Origin: Eledone cirrhosa
Taxonomy: Eukaryota
Assembly: GCA_964016885.1 (NCBI GenBank)
Contig: OZ024744.1
Coordinates: 60,016,001-60,080,000, forward strand
Length of the DNA stretch: 64,000 nt
Direction of reading: 5' to 3'
In this document: positions 56,337 through 64,000 of the stretch, one piece after another
Numbering within the stretch: position 1 is the stretch's first letter
Layout of the letters: each line of letters opens with the position of its first letter
Program-made: the position numbers and the translations under genes
The notes under the pieces: model-generated
The model's database searches: none
The model's input: only the letters and a program-made list of their open reading frames with translations
What the model was told of the DNA's origin: nothing

Positions 56337-56553
56337 TATGTAATAAACAACAAAATATAATTATTCCATTACCCAAGGTTTCACGAAGTCAGACGATTCT
56401 AACGGAGGCATCAGAATCCGTTCATCACATAGAAATCTTTATCCAAATAAAGATTTTTATCTGCTGAACGGATTCTGACGCCTCCGTTAGAATCGTCTGA
56501 CTTCGTGAAACCTTGGGTAATGGAATAACTATATTGTGTTGTTTGTTACATAA
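56336..56553. repeat. Palindrome of two hammerhead-bearing repeat ends
   Basis: Arms 56336-56442 and 56447-56553; + strand CTGCTGA..GAAA-ccttggg-TA; - strand GTGATGA..GAAA; family also at 19215-19380. Confidence 0.85.
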
Positions 56554-56617
56554 TTAAATAGCTCTGTTCTATACATAGAGCACTCTTCTTTCCTTTACCT
56601 TTGCCACGGAAATACTT

Positions 56618-56697
<80 letters not shown>

Positions 56698-57052
56698 CAC
56701 ATACACACACACACACTCATATATGTATATATATACACACACACACACATATATGTATATAATTCGTTTTTTAATTTGTTTTGCGAGATTTCTTATCTGA
56801 AAACGTGTGTTGAAACAGATATTGTTATACTTGGGAGCGTCATGTTGCCAATAAATTTCCGGTTGGTTGGTTGGTTCGATAACCGGAAGGTTGTTTATAT
56901 ATTGTCAAAGCTCTTTTCTCACACATTTTGTGACCTCCTCAATGACTAGGTTTCTATTTTGTGTCTCTCCTTTGTAGGTTTTCAGGGTATTTTTTGCTAA
57001 AGAAATGATAGCCTGATAGTGGGGTTTAGAACTCTCAAAAACAAACAAAACA

Positions 57053-57092
<40 letters not shown>

Positions 57093-57178
57093 TTATTATT
57101 GATGGATCGGCAGTATCGGTAGATTTAATCGACTTTCCCCTCCCCCGAATTTGCTGGAGGGGAAAGTCGATAAGAAAA

Positions 57179-57272
<94 letters not shown>

Positions 57273-57274
<2 letters not shown>

Positions 57275-57763
57275 AGTTGCATTTATCTTGCTTTATGTTC
57301 ATACGAGTTATCACCAAGTCACAACCAGTGACCTCAAGAGACAACAAGGTCCGCCATGTTCAAGAAAGAACATACATATTCACACATGCATCTTTAGTGT
57401 TTAGACTTGTGATGTACTTATATTGACAGAATCTTCCTTAGTATATGGGCAGTTCCCATTAGTACTATCTTTTGTATTTCTCCTATACGCGGGTTTCCTG
57501 GGATTTGCGATATGTAATCATTAGACCCCTTAGGTATCATTCCCAGAGCGCCTACAACCACTGGTATTGTTTTAGTTCTCAATTTCCACATTTTTCCAAT
57601 TTCTATCTCCAGGTCCTTATACTTGCTCAATTTTTCAAATGTTTTTATAGAGACATTCTTGTCTATTGGAACAGACATATCAATTAGCAGGCATACCCTC
57701 TTTTGAAAGTCTTTCAATATTATATCAGGTCTGTTTGCATCTATTTTTCGGTCTGTTTGGATG
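57273..57763 (-). mobile_element. R4/Dong-like 3' fragment (RLE) inside a TAA array
   Basis: [39 protein letters not shown]. Confidence 0.85.
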
Positions 57764-57764
57764 C

Positions 57765-57811
<47 letters not shown>

Positions 57812-57813
<2 letters not shown>

Positions 57814-58556
57814 GTTGTTGTTATTCCTTGAATCTCAGTCATTTTTTTGTTCTTTATGCCATCAGCCTCCAGAACGCCCAAATACTTGTATCCTTCCTCA
57901 GAGTCAATTTCCTTTATCATCTCACCTGTTGGTATCTGGATCCCGCTACTTCTGCTCAACCTACCCCTCTTCATCACAATGACTCCACATTTACCAATAC
58001 CAAACTGCATACATATATCACTGCTGAAAATACGGACAGTGTCAACAAGCACATCCAACTCCTTCTCACTTTTCCCGAAGAGGTTAAGATCGTCCATGAA
58101 GAGGAGGTGATTGATGGTAAGCTCTCCCCCTCCCAACTTGTATCCTGCTCTCACTTTTCGCAGCATAATGGTCAAGGGCATCAGGGCAAGGACAAACAAC
58201 AGAGGGGACAGGCTATCTCCCTGGAAGATACCTCTCTTGATCTTCACGCTTCCCAAGGATACTCCAGTTGATGTCAACTCTGTCTCCCAGGACCCCATAC
58301 TCCTGCCTAGCAACTGTCTGATGTTATCTGCCACCCTGAAGATCTCCAGGCTTTTGGTGATCCAGGAATGAGGCACCATGTCAAATGCCTTTCTGTAGTC
58401 TATCCATCCCATGGCAAGATCAGTGTGTCTCCTCCTGCAATTCCCCATTACCATCTTATCAATAAGTAACTGGTCCTTTGTACCACGTGACTTCTTTCGG
58501 CATCCTTTCTGTTCGTCCGGTAACAAGTTGTTTGTGTGGAGGTGATGGTAGATTTC

Positions 58557-58560
<4 letters not shown>
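57812..58560 (-). mobile_element. Dong-like RT fragment fused directly to the element's 3' terminus, inside TAA arrays
   Basis: [42 protein letters not shown], then aatgactgagattcaaggaa-taa. Confidence 0.85.
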
Positions 58561-58640
<80 letters not shown>

Positions 58641-58643
<3 letters not shown>

Positions 58644-61600
58644 GTTCTTTGAGTCTCAGTCATTGATGTTAGTTAACTGGAAAGTTTGTTGAAATGAATA
58701 TCAAGCCACTACCTGCAGCCTCAGATATTCAGGACGTATCGGAGGGTTCTTGCTGTTCCAAGCAAGCATGCCTTTTGAAGCGTTCCAAAAAGCGTGACCA
58801 GGCCAATTTTCTTTAACCATCCCTGGAAACTTTTTGAGATAGTACCTAGTGCGCCTATGACAATCGGGACCACTTTGACCTCATGGCAGTTCCAAATCCT
58901 TTTTACCTCCCACTTTAAGTCCTGCTATCGGTTAATTTTCTCCCTCTCCTTCTCTTGCACTCTCGTGTCGATTGGGCAGGCCACATCCACAATCAGGCAC
59001 GATCTTTTTTCCTTGTCCAAAACCACCAGGTCAGGTCTATTGTGTTCCAGTTTCTTGTCCGTCTGTATCCTAAAATCCCACAGCACCTTCACCTGATCGT
59101 TTTCTATCACCGACTCTGGCTTATGCTCATACCACTTCTCAGAATGTGGTAAATTGTTTACTTTGCATAGGTGCCAGCGGATCACCCTGCCCATCACATC
59201 ATGTCTCCAGCCCTTATAGTGAGTCTGGGCTAGGTGCTTACACTCGGATACAATGTGAGCCACAGTCTCCTCTCTCTCTCCACAGATACTACACAGTGAG
59301 TTAGCCTCCTCCTTGTAAATATGGTGTTTCACCCACCTCGTTTTGAGGGCCTGCTCTTGCGCAGCCATTAGCATTCCTTCTGTAGCCTTTTTAAGGTCCC
59401 TTCTTTTCAACCAGTTCCATGTCTGTGGATCTCTGAATTCAGTTTTCTCAAAGAAGGTACTATGAAGGGATTTTTCATGAAGGGTGCTCTTTCTCCTTGT
59501 TGTTATTTCCTCCTTGGACATCCCTAGTCTATTGTCCTCTCCTTCAGTACAATTCTGAGCATTGGCTCCTTACTATCAGTCACGTATTTGTGTAGGTTGT
59601 TTTTCTCCATCTGAACACAGTCCTCTATGCTGATAAGACCTCTTCCACCTTCAAATCTCTTTAAGTAGAGTCTATCGTCATCACTCCTCTTGTGGAACAT
59701 GTTGTGGATAGTCAATAGCTTCCTATTCTTCCTATCCATTTCTTTTTGTTCAGCAACATTCCATTTCAGAATTCCCGCACTGTACATAATAATAGACACA
59801 GCTCGGGAATTTACTGCACTTATGGCATTCCTACTGTTCAGATGCGACTTTAATACGCTCCTTACTCTCCGAATGTATTCAGATCTTATAAATTCCTTCA
59901 TTCTTTTGTTCTTGATGTCATCAGCCTCCAGAACACCCAAATACTTGTATCCTTCTTCAGTGTCAATTTCCTTTATCATCTCACCTGTTGGTACCTGGAT
60001 TCCGTTGCTTCTGCTCATTTACCCCCTCTTCACCACAAGGACTCCACACTTACTAATACCAAATTGCATACATTTATCATTGCTGAAAATACGGACAGTG
60101 TCAACAAGCACATCCAACTCCTTCTCACTCTTCCCGAAGAGCTTAAGATCGTCCATGAAGAGGAGGTGATTGATGGTAAGCTCTCCCTTTCCCAACTTGT
60201 ATCCTGCTCTCACTTTTCGCAGTATAATGGTCAGGGGCATCAGGGCAAGGCCAAACAACAGAGGGGACAGACTATCTCCCTGGAAGATACCTCTCTTGAT
60301 CTTCACGCCTCCCAAGGATTCTCCAGCTGATGTTAACTCTGTTTTCCAGGACTTCATACTTTTACCCAACAACTGTCTGATGTTATCTGCCACCTTGAAG
60401 ATCTCTAGGCTTTTGGTGATCCAAGAACGAGGCACCATGTCAAATGCCTTTTTGTAGTCTATCCATCCCATGGCAAGACCAGTGTGTCTCCTCTTGCAAT
60501 TCCTCATTACCATCTTATCAATAAGTAACTGGTCCTTTGTACCACGGGACTTCTTTCGGCATCCTTTCTGTTCGTCCGGTACCAAGTTGTTTGTGTGGAG
60601 GTGATGGTAGATTTCTTCAGACATAATGCTTGTCAACAGTTTCCACATTACGGACAGACATGTGATAGGTCTATAGTTGGTAACATCATTACCCTTGATT
60701 CGGTCTTTCATTACCAGAACTGTGGTACCTTTTGTCAACCACTCTGGTACCTCACCTGACATCAAGCAGTCATTGAACATGGTTGTCAGTTTCGGGTGGA
60801 GGGATGTTATATTTTTAATCCAATACCCCTGCATACCATCTGGGCCTGGTCATTTCCAGTTGGTTAGTTTTTTGGCCTGCCTCTTAAGAGTTTCAATTGT
60901 GATACTCAAATCATTTTGTTGGTGTGCCTGTTCACTAATGTCCTTTTGTGCCTGGTCATTATGTTTAACATCTTGCTCCCATATTCCTCCAGAATGTCTT
61001 AGTTTGTTCCGCCTCAGGGATCAAGTCGTTGCCTCTTTCTTTCCCTTCAAGCCGTCCAAACAGCGTCTTCTGGTTGTTGTCAAACATGCGGTTCTGTCTA
61101 TACTGACTGACTCTGCTCTCGTATCGCCTAATTTTTGCACTTCTTGCTACAATGCGTTGCTTCAGTTCCTCTATGATAATATTTAGCTTTTTCCTCCTAG
61201 TTTTGTACTTTATTTCCAGTCTATTTTTAGTGTCTATGTTTTTTAGTGTCCCATTCAGTAGGGACTCAAGCTTTCCAATGTCATTTCTCATTTCCTTGAT
61301 TTGACCATTCAGTCGTTTCTTCCACCAAGGTTCTGATCTTTCTTGTTTGTTGTTTCCTCTCGCTTTTATGCCAAGTAATTTCCTCACCGCATTTGCTGTT
61401 GCTTTGAGGATATTGTTGCATTGGTGAAGGCTCCTCGCCTCAAGGTATGGGATGACTTTGTTTACCTTAGCTGTTGTTTCTTTTAACTTTTTCCCGTCTA
61501 CAAATCTTAGGTTCATAGGTTTCCCACTATCATTGTTCAATTCATTTACCACTAAGTATAGGATATCAACCAAATCTTGTCCTAGCCCGTCAGCATTCAT

Positions 61601-62124
61601 CTCCTCAATGGCTGTATCTTTGTTCCAGGTATTATTTATTTCAGCATTCAGATCATTGTCTGCTTCGGATGGTTCCTCCGTTCTCTCAACCTCTTCACCT
61701 TCATTTCCCACTGGCTAGTTTGCCTGGCATACTCCACTCTCCATTTCCAACCTAATCTCTCTGCTCAGTTCCTCCAGTTCCAGCTCGCTTATCCACCCAC
61801 TAGTTCTTATTACCCTAGCCTGCCCGGCCAATTTTTGTTCATCTAATTTAATTAGACCAATCTCGTTCCAGGTGTTATGCATCCGTTTCCTATAGCCTTT
61901 CTCCTTGGGGTTACTCTTCAGGTAACATTGCATAACAGTTCTATTCAATTCTTTCGTCCAGTTGGTTCTGGTCCCTTTCCTTCTTCTTCTTCCTCCGACA
62001 CCAGCAGTATTTGGTTGACAGCCAGGTCCCTGCTGCTGAGCCAGGGAGCACCTGCTGGGTGAGAGTCTGTCACATTACTTCCAGTTTCCACTTCACCGTT
62101 ATTCGAACTGTTTAGGTTCGACAT
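58641..62124 (-). mobile_element. Near full-length R4/Dong-like retrotransposon (frameshifted)
   Basis: ATG at 62124; N-terminal VMQCY..GYRKRM; EPWWKKRL; RT YRPITCL..FMDD; CSIC..HIVSEC, RHD, HNRPD RLE; 3' end at (TAA)n. Confidence 0.93.
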
Positions 62125-62634
62125 TTAAACACTCTTATCGAGGATTGGTGAATGTATGGTTACATAACCATCGGTGATTTCATCACCCCCGGTGATTTTA
62201 GTGTGGCACTATCACGCTGTAGACGAACATAAATAAACAAACAAACAAATAGGTAAAAAAAAACAAAAAAGAATAAGCATAAGTTTCATTGTAATGTAAT
62301 GTTTGAATGTCTGGCTTAGTTTTTTTTTTTTTCCTTCTCTGTCTGTCTGTTTGTTTTTCTTTTCATTTTTCTTTTCTTTACGTTTTTCGTTGTTGCTGTG
62401 CTGTTTTGATTTTGATTTTTTTTTTTGATTTTTTGACCGGGTCATCAAATCAGTCTATTTATATCTTTTGATGCCTTCCTCTTTTAGTGGGGGTATTACG
62501 ATGCATGTCTTAGCAGGAGGTAGTGGGAGAGAATAGCGGCGGTAGCGATAATGAGGCAGTGGTGGTGGTGGTGTGATCGTAGTACTGTAGTGATGGTGTT
62601 GAAGTTGAAGTAGAAATAGAAGTTGAGGTAACTT

Positions 62635-62789
62635 GTCTCCCCCTATTGGGGAATTTTTCATTGTTATTTTTTTGTTACATCCTCTGTTTTTGTTTTTTAC
62701 ACGCAGAAATGCCCATTTGTACCGTCCTGTATTTTCCTGTACTGTCCTTAATGTCTACTTTATGTAAACCCTTGTGGTTAATAAAGAAA

Positions 62790-62790
<1 letters not shown>
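62635..62790 (+). mobile_element. Tx1-like 3' UTR fragment
   Basis: ccccctattgggga...cccttgtggttaataaagaaa matches the 3' end of the 53585 element. Confidence 0.65.
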
Positions 62791-62827
<37 letters not shown>

Positions 62828-63468
62828 GTTGTTATTCCTTGAATCTCAGTCATTGATGTTGGTTAACTGGAAAGTCCGTTGGATTGAATATCAAGCCACT
62901 ACCTGCAGCCTCAGATATTCAGGACGTATCGGAGGGTTCTTGCTGTTCCAAGCAAGCATGCCTTTTGAAGCGTTCCAAAAAGCGTGGCCAGGCCAATTTT
63001 CTTTAACCATCCCTGGAAACTTTTTGAGATAGTCCCCAGTGCGCCTATGACAATCGGGATCACTTTGACTTCATGGCAGTTCCAAATCCTTTTTACCTCC
63101 CACTTTAAGTCCTGGTATCGGTTAATTTTCTCCCTCTCCTTCTCTTGCACTCTCGTGTCGAATGGGCAGGCCACATCCACAATCAGACACGATCTTTTTT
63201 CTTTGTCCACAACCACCAGGTCAGGTCTATTGTGTTCCAGTTTCTTGTCCGTCTGTATCCTAAAATCCCACAGCACCTTCACCTGATCGTTCTCCATCAC
63301 CGCCTCTGGCTTATGCTCATACCATTTCTCAGAATGTGGTAAATCGTTTACTTTGCACAGGTGCCAGTGGATCACCCTGCCCATCACATCATGTCTCCAG
63401 CCCTTATAGTGGGTCTGGGCTAGGTGTTTGCACTCGGATACAATGTGAGCCACAGTCTTCTCAGTCGT
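62828..63468 (-). mobile_element. Dong-like 3' fragment (zinc-knuckle end + RLE)
   Basis: Near-identical to 58645-59270; TAA tail. Confidence 0.9.
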
Positions 63469-63469
63469 C

Positions 63470-64000
63470 ACTTCAACGACCTCAGGTCACTAAACATAAA
63501 TGTGTGAAGCTTTCCAGCGACACTTCGCCCAGCTGTTCGGGGGCAGCGGCGGGACGTATCGAGGGATGGACCTTCGTGTCTACCTCGACGGACTGCCACG
63601 GCTCTCGGCCACTGAGGCGAAGTGTTGCGAAAACCCGATAACAGGCGCTGAAGTACGGGAGGCAATGACTGGCTGCAGAAGGGGTAAATCGCCTGGTTTG
63701 GATGGTCTGCCATATGAACTTTACGTACAGATGCCAGACTTGTTCGGAGGCCTCTTGGCGGACGTCTACTGCAACTGGCAACAGAACGGGAGAATTCCCA
63801 GTTCTGTGAGCCGAGGAGCGGTGGCACTGCTGAGAAAGGATCCAAACAAGAGGGATAACATAGATAATTTCAGGCCCATAACTCTGCTAAACACAGAGTT
63901 CAAGATTTTGACCAAGGTGCTAGCAAAGGGGTTGGCGCTTGTCGTTGGTGGTTTGGTGGGAGAGGCGCAGACGTGCGCCATTCCCGACAGATCCATCCAC
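63470..64000 (+). mobile_element. Tx1/L1-clade ORF2 RT N-terminal region, runs off the window
   Basis: GKSPGLDGLPYELY, ALLRKDPNK, NFRPITLLNTEFKILTKVLA, QTCAIPDRSI. Confidence 0.88.

Noticed and set aside
58794-63996. Antisense ORFs over LINE coding regions
   Set aside because: Shadows of the recognisable RT/RLE frames on the opposite strand

Overview
Eukaryotic, AT-rich, microsatellite-saturated non-coding DNA made almost entirely of nested transposable elements. The SINE and repeat families resemble those of coleoid cephalopods (octopus-like); that assignment is an inference. No intact host gene is supported, and most listed ORFs are microsatellite artefacts. DNA elements: a decayed Helitron (Rep + Pif1) plus non-autonomous Helitrons, a full-length DD37D/maT-like Tc1/mariner, a mariner fragment, and pogo/Tigger-like and TTAA MITEs. 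Retroelements: CRE-like, R4/Dong-like (several at TAA arrays), RTE and Tx1/L1 non-LTR elements, Penelope-like elements (RT, GIY-YIG) and many tRNA-derived SINEs. The most interesting layer is RNA structure. About 15 hammerhead-ribozyme motifs occur, including two independent copies in a non-circularly permuted (pseudoknotted) strand order with covarying helices, a U3-A8 compensated core, and a 442-bp tandem, circularly permuted retrozyme-like unit. There are also many fold-back palindromes and a 35-37 bp palindromic double Helitron 3' end. All structures were read by eye; coordinates of decayed elements are approximate.
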